From Malacoraja senta (lineage: Eukaryota), in the NCBI GenBank assembly GCA_038087875.1, contig CM075999.1, forward strand, positions 1,986,001 to 2,050,000: a stretch of DNA of 64,000 nucleotides. Direction: 5' to 3'. Of this stretch, positions 25,175-37,080 are shown piece by piece. The position numbers and the translations under genes were made by a program. The notes under the pieces are model-generated. The model was not told where the DNA came from. It searched no databases and worked only from the letters and a program-made list of their open reading frames with translations. How positions within the stretch are numbered: the first letter of the stretch is position 1; the number at the start of each line of letters is the position of its first letter.

Positions 25175-25551
25175 GGGTAGCCTGTCTTTTACATAAAATA
25201 GGAAATCACAAACACAGACAACTATAGCAATGTTTATTCCAGAACATGTTCTTCGCTTAGGAGTGGTGTTTGCAATTTAGTGGCAGTAATGTTTGTTTTC
25301 CTATCCATTCTACTGACTCATAAATGTTGTAGCTACAAGTACTTCTGACATTGATCCCTGGTAATCTGCACAGCAGGGCTTCACTGCCCCTTGTTTCTGA
25401 AACAACATGATGTAAATGTACAGTATAAAAGAGGTTGATAATGGCCGCCTATCTTTTTCAAAACCTTTAATTTTTAAGCCCTGTAATTTAACGTTTTGTA
25501 CCCTTTTTGTACTGTGATGAACAATTTGTCTATCTTTAGTCATCAAAAGTC

Positions 25552-25557
25552 ATTAAA
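25552..25557 (+). promoter_or_regulatory. Candidate DNAJC8 polyadenylation signal (ATTAAA)
   Basis: ATTAAA variant hexamer about 380 nt after the stop codon, in unique AT-rich sequence followed by T/GT-rich tracts; no transcript evidence. Confidence 0.35.
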
Positions 25558-25740
25558 AGTGTTTGGAAATAACAAGACTGCCATTTTGATTTTGAAATGT
25601 GATGAGTTTTGGGGTGGTACTGCATTTTTTGCACCATAGATTGACGTACACAGAATATTAAGACTGAATAACATGTTGGTGAGGTAACTTTCATGTTCTT
25701 GGAGATGAAATGAAGGCATTAGCTATGAAAATGTCTGACA

Positions 25741-26056
25741 GGGCGGCACGGTGGCGCAGCGGTGGAGTTGCTGCCTTACAGCGCCAGAGAACAGGTTTGA
25801 TCCAAGATTGCGGGCGCTGTCTGTACGGAGTTTGCATGTTCTCCCCGTGACCGCGAGGGTTTTCCCCGGGTGCTCCGGTTTCCTCCCACACTCCAAAGAC
25901 ACGCAGGTTCGTAGGTTAATTGGCTTTTGTACTGAAGATTTCTAAATTGTCCCTGGTGTGTGTAGGATAGTGTCAGTGTATGGGGATCGCTGGTCGGCGC
26001 GGACTCAGTGGTCCCCGTGCTGTACTTCTAAACTATGATACGATAAACTAAACTAA
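25741..26056 (+). mobile_element. tRNA-derived V-SINE (HE1-like), full length
   Basis: A box TGGCGCAGCGG, degenerate B box GGTTTGATCC, central V-domain (ggagtttgcatgttctccccgtg...ctccggtttcctcccacactccaaagac), (AAACT)n tail. Confidence 0.85.
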
Positions 26057-27644
26057 TTGTGGAGAGACTATTTCTGCTGGTACTACTTGCGACCTGCGAT
26101 GTTGTGGCAATAATGCACTTTTTGAGTCTTTAAACTTGTTTGGGCCACCATCATTGCAAGTGCTCTAATCTAACAGAGCTATAACACTATAATAAGCGTT
26201 ACTGCAGCTCAGGTACAGGTGCTCAGATTAGGGTGTCTTTCACTGTGTGTCTGCCTTTAAACCTTCCATTGTCCCCTTCACCTCTCTCTTCACCCCTGTC
26301 ATTAGTTCTATAGCACTTTAAATGGCAACTCTCCACACAATATGTCTCCACAATCATTATTGATTGAAGGGGGGCTGAAGTGAATACTTAATGGAAATAT
26401 CATTTCCATATACAGAGACCGGCTTCACTTCTGAAACACCAGCTTAGTGTTCTATTTCCTTTTTAAAGAGTTCTAATATTCTGAGAAAAAAACCACACAT
26501 GTAACCTTACAGGGGTGATGTAATCACATTAACCGAGCTTATTTGTAATCGCTTGTGCAATGTGTAGGAAGGAACTGCAGATGCTGGTTTATACTGAGGA
26601 TAGACACCAAATGACTCAGCGGGTCAGGCAGCATCTCTGGAGAGAAGGAATAGAGTCTGAAGGAAGGGTCCCGACCAGACCCGAGTGGTGAATCTCTGGA
26701 ATTCTCTGCCACAGAATGTAGTTGAGGCCAGTTCATTGGCTATATTTAAGAGGGAGTTAGATGTGGCCCTTGTGGCTAAAGGGATCAGAGGGTATGGAGA
26801 GAAGGCAGGTACGGGATACTGAGTTGGATGATCAACCATGATCATATTGAATGGCAGTGCAGGCTCGAAGGGCCGAATGGCCTACTCCTGCACCTATTTT
26901 CTGTGTTTCTATGAAACGTCACCTATTTCTTTTCTCCAGAGATACTGCCTGACCCGCTGAGTTACTCCAGTGTTTAGTGTCTACGGTCGTGGGATTTCTA
27001 AACTCCAGCGAGTACAAGGCCCAGCGCTGTCTAACACTCTTGCGCAGAATTAGTAGCTTTCACAAAAGTTACACTTTTGCAAAGCAGATTTGTTGCTCAA
27101 TTTTCTGCACGTATTGAAAATGCAAACATTGAATGTTGTCACAAAGAAGTGCAATTGCTAGATTTTAATATAATGTCCAAAAAGATGAATAGATAGGGTC
27201 ATAGAGCGATACAGCCTGGAAACAGGCCCTTCGGCCCAACTTGCCCACACCGGCCAACATGTCCCAGCTACACTGGTCCCACCTGCCTGCGTTTGGCCCA
27301 TATCACTCCAAACCTGCCCTATCCATGTATCTATCTCAGTGTACACTTATCTGATGCAGCTGAAAATGTGTTTAACCCAAAAACATTTTTACCTGTGGTT
27401 AGACTGATATTAAATAAATATCCTGATCTTGATTAATGTTCCTGCGACAGCGTGGGTTTTCTCCGGGTGCCCTGGTTTCCATCCACACTCCAAAGACGTG
27501 CAGGTTTGTAGGTTAATTGGCTTCTGTTTATTGGTAAATTGCCCCTGGTGTGCAGTATGCAAAAGTGGGATGACATAGAACCAGTGTGAACGAGGGATTG
27601 ATGGTAGGTGTGGACTCGATGGGCCGAAGGGCCTGTTCCGCGCT

Positions 27645-28375
27645 GTACTCAAGCTGGAAAGGGTACAGGGAAGATTTTGAGGATGTTGCCAGGACTGGAT
27701 GGTCTGAGCTACAGGGAGTGGTTGAGTAGACTGGAACTCTATTCCTTGGAGCGCAGGAAGGTGAGGGGTAGTCTTATGGAGGTGGATAAAAACATGAGGA
27801 AAAGATCGGGTAGGTGCACAGAGTCTCTTCCCCAGAGTAGGGGAATCGAGGGACAGAGGTGTAAGGTGAAGGGGAAAAGATTTAATAGGAATCTGAGGGG
27901 TAACTTTTTCACACACAGGGCAGTGGGTGTATGGAACAAGCTGCCAGAGGAGGTAGTTGAGGCAGGGACTATCCCAACGTTTAAGAAACAGACAACTATA
28001 TGGTTAGTACACAAAAATGCTGGAGAAACTCAGCGGGTGCAGCAGCATCTATGGAGTGAAGGAAATGGGCAAACGTTTTGGGCCGAAACCCTTCAGGAAG
28101 GAAATAGGTAACGTTTTGGGCCGAAACCCCTGGGTTTCGGCCCGAAACGTTGCCTATTCCCTTCGCTCCATAGATGCTGCTGCACCCACTGAGTTTCTCC
28201 AGCATTTTTGTGTACCTTCAATTTACCAGCATCTGCAGTTCCTTCGTAAAAACTATATGGATAGGACAGGTTTGGAGGGATGTGAGCCAAATGCAGGCAG
28301 TTGGGAACAGTAGCTGGGACATGTTGGCCAGTGTGGGCAAGATGGGCTGAAGGGCCTGTTTCCACGCTGTATGAA
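27645..28375 (+). mobile_element. CR1-type LINE 3' fragment (HER1-like tail shared with the V-SINE), interrupted by a Penelope-tail palindrome
   Basis: RMLPGLDGLSYRE..L.LYSLERR...FFTHRAVGVWNKLP; 3' end gggctgaagggcctgtttccacgctgta matches the SINE tail. Confidence 0.8.
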
Positions 28376-30699
28376 TCTTACCCGATGACTCCATCTCTTT
28401 TGTTTTAAACTGAGATGCTTTAGAAACAGCGTACGTATTTACAAGTTGCATTGGTTTAATCTCCCAACATGGTCTGAATTCCGGAGATGTCCCAGAAGAT
28501 TGGAAAAGTCCAGATGTAATGACACTGGTCATGTCAGAGTGGGGTATAGACGGCAGGAAACTGTAGCAAAGAAGCAACGCTGGAAGAGGCCAGGGAGGGG
28601 GGCCAAGCTGCATCTGTGGAGGAAGGAAAGGAGTCCCTGCCTTGGGACTGAGGGGCATGGAAAGATTTTCGTTATGTAGCAACACGAGGCAGTATGGAGG
28701 CTCTTTGGTGGTAGATTGGGACGTGGGGGTGGGTGGTGGGTGGGGGGGGGGAGGTAAAGGTATCGCGAGTGTAGCGTGGGTCGAGGGCTGAGCATGCAGT
28801 CTTGAGGTGTACTGATGGATATCGAGATGAGGCAGGTACTATCACAATGTTTGAAGGAACATTTAGACAGGTACATGGATATGGGATCCATATTTAAAAG
28901 GATATGGGCCAAACCTAGGAAGGTGGGACAGGTGTAGATGGTGTACGTTGGTCGGCATAGGCAAGTTGGGCCGAAGGGCCTGTTTCCACGCTGCATGACT
29001 CAATAACATAAAGAAAAGATTAGAAAGCACACCAAGGAATCTGAGGAATCACAGTGAACGACAGGGCTCTGGAAATGTTGCAGAGCAGACGGTCGTTCCC
29101 TGAAAATTTACGTTACAGTTCGATAGGTTGGTCGAGAAAGCGTCTGGTACATTAGCCTTCATCAGGCAGGGTATGGAATCTTGAAGTTGCGATGGCTAAC
29201 CAGCCAGCGGAAAGACAATACATGATTACAATCAGGCCATTACATCTGATACATGATGAGGGAATAACGTTTAGTGCAAGGTAAAGCTAGAACAATCCGA
29301 TGAAAGATAGTCCATATAATAGCAATATAATAACAAAGATGATTCCAGTTATATGTTTAAGAAGGAACTGCAGATGCTGGAAAATCGAAGGTAGACAAAA
29401 ATGCTGGAGAAACTCAGCGGGTGCAGCAGCATCTATGGAGCGAAGGAAATAGACAACGTATGCATGATATACTCAAGAACAAGAAGAAGAGTCAGGGGAT
29501 ATGGGGAGAAGGCAGCCACGGGTTATTGATTGGGGACGATCAGCCATGATCACAATGAATGGCGGTGCTGGCTCGTAGGGCCGAATGGCCTCCTCCTGCA
29601 CCTATTTTCTATGTTTCTGTGTTTCTAAACAGAGAAACGTCATCTCAGTAAAATATCATTTCAGTCCCTGAAGTAAATGAAGGTTGGTGAAGAACAGGTT
29701 GAAGGGATGAGGACTCTGTCCCTTGGAGTGCAGTTGCAGGTGAGGGCGTAGCTATAAGGTGAGAGGGGGGAAGTCTAATGGAGGTGTGCGGGGCAACAGA
29801 GAGTGTTGGTGGTAGACAAAAGTGCTGGAGAAACTCAGCGGGTGCAGCAGCATCTATGGAGCGAAGGAAATAGGCAACGTTTCGGGACGAAACCCTTCAG
29901 GAAGGAAATAGGTAACGTTTCGGGCCGAAACCCTTCAGGGTTTCGGCCCGAAACGTTGCCTATTTCCTTCGCTCCATAGATGCTGCTGCACCTGCTGAGT
30001 TTCTCCAGCATTTTTGTCTACCTTCCAGTAAAATGTATCTGTCTGTTAATCAGTTTATTGTCCAGTTTATTGTACAGTTGCGGCTCCTGAATGTTTATTG
30101 CTGATTTACTCCAGCATTTTGTGTCTTCAGTGTTAACCGACATCTGTAGCCCCTTCCTACGCATTTCCTCTGCTCTCTAGTTGTTGCTTTGAAGGTTCAG
30201 AATAAAGTAATTTCCTTTGAAATGAAGCAGCGAGAAGAGCTTGGAGGGCAAAATCATCAAAGTAATATAGCAATGGGAAAAGGCTGCCAGGGCAATAAGC
30301 ATTCTGCAGCGTGGCTCTGTAAACCAATAAACTGATTAAAAGGCAGATACATTTAACTGGAATCATCTTTGTTATTCTATTGCCATTTCTCTGTATATTT
30401 GCTTTGCTAAATTGCACACAAAATACAGAATAAATTTGCTCGTGGTAGGTGGGCACGTTCTATGGACCTGCACGGGAAGGTAGGTAATAGACAATAGACA
30501 ATAGACAATAGATGCAGGAGTAGGCCATTCGGCCCTTCGAGCCAGCCATTCAATGTGATCATGGCTGATCATCCCCAATCAGTATCCCGTTCCTGCCTTC
30601 TCCCCCTATCCCCTGACTCCGCTATCTTTAAGAGCCCTATCTAGCTCTCTCTTGAAAGCATCCAGAGAACCTGCCTCCACCGCCCTCTGAGGCAGAGAG

Positions 30700-31320
30700 A
30701 CGCTCCCGCCCCCACGAGTCTCGGGCAGATGGGGCTCGTCAGCCTGGGAAGGCGGTCCATCTAGGAGAGGGAAAACTCAGAAAATATGATTGTATACAAT
30801 TGTACTTACTTCTAATAAAATTTAAATATTTTTTAAAAAAAGGAGAGGGAAAACTCTGATTTATAACCTCAAGTCAAGTCAAGTGAGTTTATTGTCATGT
30901 GTCCCTGGTAGGACAATGAAATTCTTGCTTTGCTTCAGCACAACAGAACATAGTAGGCATTTACTACAAGGCATTCTATAAATATATACACAATGGTCAA
31001 TATACTGATAAAGTGCAAATAACAGTATTGGCTAGTAACCTCCACTGCCTTGTGGCCATATCCAGTCATGGAAAAGGCTCCAGGAGTAAACCTCAAGGAA
31101 AATCCGGAGTCGGAGCCCCTAAGGCAGTTTGCCGTTGTCTACAACCTCGCTCTGGCAGCTCCTGCGACGGCGCTGCTGTTCCTTTGGATCGATCAGCGAC
31201 GTGGGGAGGGAGGGGGGGGGGACGTGCATGGGCAACAGCCTGTCTGTCCTCCATATGACATCGCCCAGGCTTGCATCCGACCAGGATGCATCACCCATAG
31301 TCAGTCATGACCGAAGTGGG
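30700..31320 (+). mobile_element. RTE-like element with nested insertions
   Basis: ggcggtccatctaggagagggaaaactctga resembles RTE 5' regions as I recall them; interrupted at 30779-30840 and about 30871-31034, each insertion flanked by direct repeats. Confidence 0.5.
30779..30840 (+). mobile_element. Extremely 5'-truncated L1/Tx1-type insertion
   Basis: Matches the 3' end of the 45372 and 63604 elements; A-rich tail; 16-bp TSD aggagagggaaaactc (30763-30778, 30841-30856). Confidence 0.85.
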
Positions 31321-32376
31321 CCTACTACTATTGTGGAAATGTTTGGTAGTAAGTGTTGTCTCACCAACGACTTGTGCAGCTGTTGTCCCAAATGTTGTCC
31401 TCGATGCCCAATGAAGTCAATTGTGTCAAAAGCCTTACCCACCATACTATCCATCTGATGCACCACTTCCAGGGAACCAGGCCCCTGTACTCCCCAATCT
31501 CTCTGTTCTACAACACTCAACGCTCTCCAGGGCTCTACCATTTAGTGTGCAAGTCCTGCCCTAGTTTGACATACCAATGATCACCACAATGCCACATTCT
31601 GCCTCCAACCACCAAGCTAATTTTGTAACCAAATAAAAAAAAGACACAATGTTCTGGAGTAATTCAGTGGGTCAGGCAGCATTACTGGAGTCTAAAGAAG
31701 TGTCTCGACCCGATATACCACCCATTCCTCCTCTCCAGAGACGTTGCCTGTCCCACTGAGTTACTCCAGAAGATTGTGTCTATCTTCGGTGTAAACCAGC
31801 ATCTGCAGTTCCATCCAGAACATGGATAGGTGACGTTTCGTGTCGGGACCCTTCTTCTGAACCAGAGAGAGGAGAAGAACTTCTGCAAGGTAAGCATGCC
31901 TTGTGGAGATATCACAGTGGAACAGTGAAATGTCGAAACAAGGAACTGCAGAAGCTGGTTTACAAAAAAAAGACACAGTGCTGGAGTAACTCAGCGGGTC
32001 GGGCAGCATCTGTGGAGAACATGGATAGGTGACGTTTCACAGAGTGCTGGAGTAACTCAGCGGGTCAGGCAGCATCTGTGGAGAACATGGATTGGTGATG
32101 ATTTAGGGTCAAGTCCCTTCAGACTTTTTCAGGGAAATTTAGTCTGAAGAAGAGTCTACAGCGCTTCCCCACTGACTATCATCTATCAGCCCTCGCCTTT
32201 CCAAATGCAGGGAAGTTCTATTTCACAGAATCCCTTCCAGTAACTTTCCCATGACTAATGTGGGCAGAAAAACCTGTAGTTCCCTGGCTTGTCTTTGTGT
32301 TAAAGCTGTTATCAGACAGCTGAATCATCCTGCCACAACCAGAGAGCGGTGCTGAACTACAATCTGTCTCTTTGGT

Positions 32377-32576
32377 NNNNNNNNNNNNNNNNNNNNNNNN
32401 NNNNNNNNNNNNNNNNNNNNNNNNNNNNNNNNNNNNNNNNNNNNNNNNNNNNNNNNNNNNNNNNNNNNNNNNNNNNNNNNNNNNNNNNNNNNNNNNNNNN
32501 NNNNNNNNNNNNNNNNNNNNNNNNNNNNNNNNNNNNNNNNNNNNNNNNNNNNNNNNNNNNNNNNNNNNNNNNNNNN
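32377..32576. other. Assembly gap (200 N)
   Basis: Run of exactly 200 N. Confidence 1.
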
Positions 32577-32914
32577 ATTGATATTTTTTAAAGAGGAGAT
32601 TGACAGATTCTTGATTAGTAAGAGTGTCAGGTTATAGGGAGAAGGCAGAAGAATGGGGTGGAGTGGGAAGGATAGATCAGCCATGATAGTATGGCGGAGT
32701 GTACTCGATGGGCCGAATGGCATAATTCTGCTCCTATCACTTATGTACGTATGAATGTCTGAAACACACACAGGCACAGTTAGAAGTCACAAACCCATAG
32801 CAGGGAGCTGTACAAGTCATGTATGAGGCAACACTGTTGTACCTGTGAGGCAGCAGCACTAACTGCTGCACCACTGGGCTGCCGCTGTCGATGCAAGAAC
32901 CTACGAAACACCTA

Positions 32915-33525
32915 GATAGATAGATAGATAGATAGAATCTTTATTTGCCACACGACCAGGGTTGGTGGTATTTGGGTTCGGTACATGATGGTACGCTGCT
33001 TTAGTCACATTAACACTAATAACAACACAAATCATAATAATAAAGTGCATCCATACCACATCACAAATCACAAATCTTACCAACAATACATAGTGCAAAA
33101 GAACAGACAAAAACCATAGACAAGACACTGTATACATCAAAGTCAAAAAGTTATTGGAGGGAATTAAGTGTTCTTATTGCTGAGGGGAAGAAACTGTTTT
33201 TAAAATGGGTGGATTTTGTAGCAAGTGACCTAAGGCGCCTCCCTGAAGGGAGAGACTGGAAAAGGTGGTTTGCTGGATGGGAGGGGTCCGAGATGATCTT
33301 TGTTGCCGGTTTTGAGGTACGTTGGAGGTAAATGGAATGGATTGAGGGGAGGGGAGAGTTGATGATCCTAGAGGCCTTGGAGACAATGCGCTGTATTCTG
33401 TGTAGTGAATGACTGTCAGTGTTTCCGTACCAGACTGTGATTGAGGAGGTGATGATGCTTTCAATGATGGATTGATAGAAGCGGACCAGGAGGTGTTTGT
33501 GGACTCTGAACCTGTCTTCCTTCTG
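32915..33525 (-). mobile_element. Rex1/Babar-like LINE 3' fragment
   Basis: KHLLVRFYQSIIESIITSSITVWYG...DPSHPANHLFQSLPSGRR...KNSFFP; (TCTA)n tail. Confidence 0.75.
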
Positions 33526-35492
33526 GACCTGGACCTGGACCTGGATGTAGTACGCTGAAAATCTCTAGGTAGACCATCACTCAGCACTGGACATTATTTT
33601 TCTTACATTTACCAAGCCAATTAACCTACAAACCTGGACGTCTTTGGAGTGCGGGAGGAAACCGAAGATCTCGGAGAAAACCCACGCAGGTCACGGGGAG
33701 AACGTACAAACTCCGTACAGACAGAACCTGGGTCTCCGGCGCTGCATTTTGCTGTAAGGCAGCAACTCTACCGCTGCGCCACCGTGACCGCCCCCCTCAA
33801 CACAATATCTCAAAGAAGGCCGTGGAGGCCACAGGCGGCTGTGGAGGTCAAGTCGGTGGATATTTTTTAAGGCAGAGATAGACAGATTCTTGATCAGTAC
33901 GAGTGTCGGAGGTTATGGGGAGAAGGCAGGAGAATGGGGTTAGGAGGGAGAGATCGATCTGCCACGATTGAATGGCGGAGTAGACTTAGATACATAGATA
34001 CATAGAAAATAGGTGCAGGAGTAGGCCATTCGGCCCTTCGAGCCTGCACCGCCATTCAATATGATCATGGCTGATGGGCCGAATGGCCTCAATCTGCTCC
34101 TATTCCTTATGACCTTATGACACTTGGTTGACTGCCAGTCAGATTGTTTGTATCTGTAATTAAGTTATTCATTTCAGATATAAACAACCTCTGTCGTGGT
34201 ATTATATCTGATTGGCAAACTTTGAATTTAAAAGATGTTTCACCTTAAGACGTTTCCTGTGTTGTTGTTGATGATGTTGTTACTCTCCATTCTACACACA
34301 TTGAAGCCGGATTTTCCAAATAATTCAAAATTCAAAGGGAATTTCCTGCACTCTCGATGAGTTCCGTAGAGTTTCCTTACCACAAGATGCTATCCTAATG
34401 GAAACCTATGGTCTTGCAGGAGAAGTCTCCGTGGCTTGTTAAGTCTCGTTTCCAGTTTGGTTTGGTTTAGAGATTAGCGCAGAAACAGGCCTCTCGGCCC
34501 GCTGGGCCCGGGTGTGGCACAAATTTGTATAACGGACGTACCTTTTGACTCTGACTGAAGAAATTCCTTCTCATCCCTTTAGGGATTTCTTCAGTCAGAG
34601 TCAAGTCAAGACAAGTCACTTTTATTTCTACAGCACATTTAAAAAACAACTATCGTTGGCCAAAGTGCTTTACATTGGTGGAGATACTAACGTTATACAA
34701 CAGTGGTTCATAGATTAAGTACATACATAAATACATACATATAGCCCTCCCTCAGAGGACGTCAAGAAAGGCTTGAGAGTAAAGATGAGCTTTAAGTCTC
34801 GACTTAAAGGAGTCGATGGAGGGGGCAGTTCTGATGGGTGATGAATCTGTGGAATTCATTGCCACAGATGGGTGGCTCCCCGACCAAAGATCCCCGCACA
34901 TCAACACTACCCTACACACACCAGGGAGAATTTTACATTTACACCAAGCTAATTAACCTACAAACCTGTCCGTCTTTGAATGAATGAATGAATAAGTTTA
35001 TTGGCCAAGTATTCACATACAAGGAATTTGCCTTGGTGCTCCGCCCGCAAGTGACATCGACATACAGTGACGGTTAGGAATGACACATAAAACATTAAAC
35101 ATTAATAATAACACATTATCGATTAAACATGTGAATTAAATAAAATACCAGAGCAAAAGGAGGCTACACTTTGGAGTGTGGAGACCTCGGAGAAAACCCA
35201 CGCAGGTCACGGGGAGAACGTACAAACTCCGCACAGAGCAGCACCCATAGTCGGGATCGAACCTGGGTCTCCGGCGCTGTGAGGCAGCAACTCTACCGTT
35301 GCGCCACCGTGCTGTCGTTAAGATTGATTGATTGAAAGCTGCGGCACGGAAACAGGAGGTTTGTCCCACCAAGGCCACGCTGGCCATCGACGAGCCGTTC
35401 GCACGAGACTCTCCACAATTAATATCCGCCATGTGGCTCCTCATAAATCATCCACACAATGGGACATGTTCTAAGAACTGTTACCATTACAA

Positions 35493-36677
35493 CAGGCATG
35501 TGCCGTGAGTAAATACTCAGGGTAGGCAGTCAGTCGGCTTTAAAAAAAATCTTAAACCGCGCAGGCCCAGATTGTTCTATTCTCCGTAAAAGTAAAAAAT
35601 AAAAATAAAGAAAGTAACAATTCAATTTGCCCAAGGCTTCGAAATCTCCATCATTCTGAATTACTGAATGGGTGGGGGGGTGGAGGGTGACGGCAGGTGG
35701 AGAGATGGTGGGGAAAAACGGGAGCACACCGGGACATGTTGAATCAGTTGTGATCTTATTGAATGACAATACTAGTACAAGGGACCAATTGGGGGGAGAG
35801 TTCCTTTCACAGCGCGAGGCGAGTCTGGCCAGGGGTAAAGTTGTGGGGAGGGCAGGAGCGTTGTGAAGGAGGGGGTCGGGGATCATGCCAGCAACTCACT
35901 CACTCACCGCTGCCAAGGCGCTCCGGGCGCGGAGCCACCACATTGTGGCCAGGGAGGGAAGTAGCTTGGGTGGCTGCGAGCGGCTGCTGGGACCTCAGTG
36001 CCTTCTGCCAGCCCGCTCACCTCTGGCAGTGCTCTCCGTCTGAACAGTGAGGGGACCAGCTCAAGAGCAAAGATCATAGAGCGGAGAGGGTCAGCGGGCG
36101 ATGGATAACAGGATAGCGGGCAGTGGAGCTTTCTCCTGTGTCAGTGCGAACAAGGGACCAATTGAGGTTACTCGCACTGACACATGGAGTAAGCTCCACC
36201 GCCCGCTGTCCTGTTATCCATCGCCCGCTGACCCGCTCTTGAGTCGGTTGCTGGCATGATCCCCGACCCCCTCCTTCTCAACGCTCCTGCCCTCCCCGCA
36301 ACTTTACCCCTGGCCAGACTCCCCACACGCCGTGAAAGGATCTCTTTCCCCCACCAAGTGCGCTGTCCTTTTACAGCCGCTTCCCACTTTACAGCCGCTT
36401 GCGCTGCGCACGCCCAGTACACAGTCCACGCTGCAAAGGCAGAATTTCAGCTCCCCTTGAAATTGACGGCTTGAAGCAGCGTCCAGGTCACGTGAGCTGC
36501 ACACACTTTCCCGTATTACATGTACTGCGCATGAAAGGCACGGAGAATTAAGAGACCGATCTCTTAAGTAGGCATAATTCTCCTGTGCCTTTACTATTTA
36601 TATCTAATTATTATAATTTTATAATTTTAGTCAGGTTAGGCAGTGCCTACCTTGCCTACCCTGAAGGCACGTGCATG
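35493..36677. mobile_element. hAT-like non-autonomous DNA transposon
   Basis: Imperfect TIRs CAGGCATGTGCC and GGCACGTGCATG with a shared subterminal CAGGGTAGGCA; 8-bp flanks cattacaa and cattgcag (6/8 match). Confidence 0.6.
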
Positions 36678-36689
36678 CATTGCAGTAAG

Positions 36690-37015
36690 TTTAGGTTAGT
36701 TTAGTTTAGTTTAGAGATACAGTGCAGAAACTGACCCTTTGGCCCACCGAATCCACGCCGACCAGCGATCACCCCGCACACTAACACTATCCTACACACA
36801 CACCAGGGACATTTTACAATTTTTCCCCAAGCCAATTAACCTACAAACCTGCACGTCTTTGGAGTGTTGGAGGAAACCGGAGCACCTGGAGGAAACCCAC
36901 GCAGTCACAGGGAGAACGTACAAACTCCACACAGACAGCACCCGAGGTCAGGATCAAACCAGGAGGGCCTCTGGCGCTGTGAGGCAGCAGTTCTACCAGC
37001 TGTGTCACGCTGTTG
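36690..37015 (-). mobile_element. V-SINE
   Basis: Match to the other copies with (TTTAG)n tail on the + strand. Confidence 0.8.
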
Positions 37016-37080
37016 CAGCAGGTTAGAATTCCATTGTTACATTGCCATTACATACAGTATGACAATTACTCTTCCCAAAT

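Noticed and set aside
32325..32777. ORFs spanning the N run
   Set aside because: Artefacts of translating the assembly gap.
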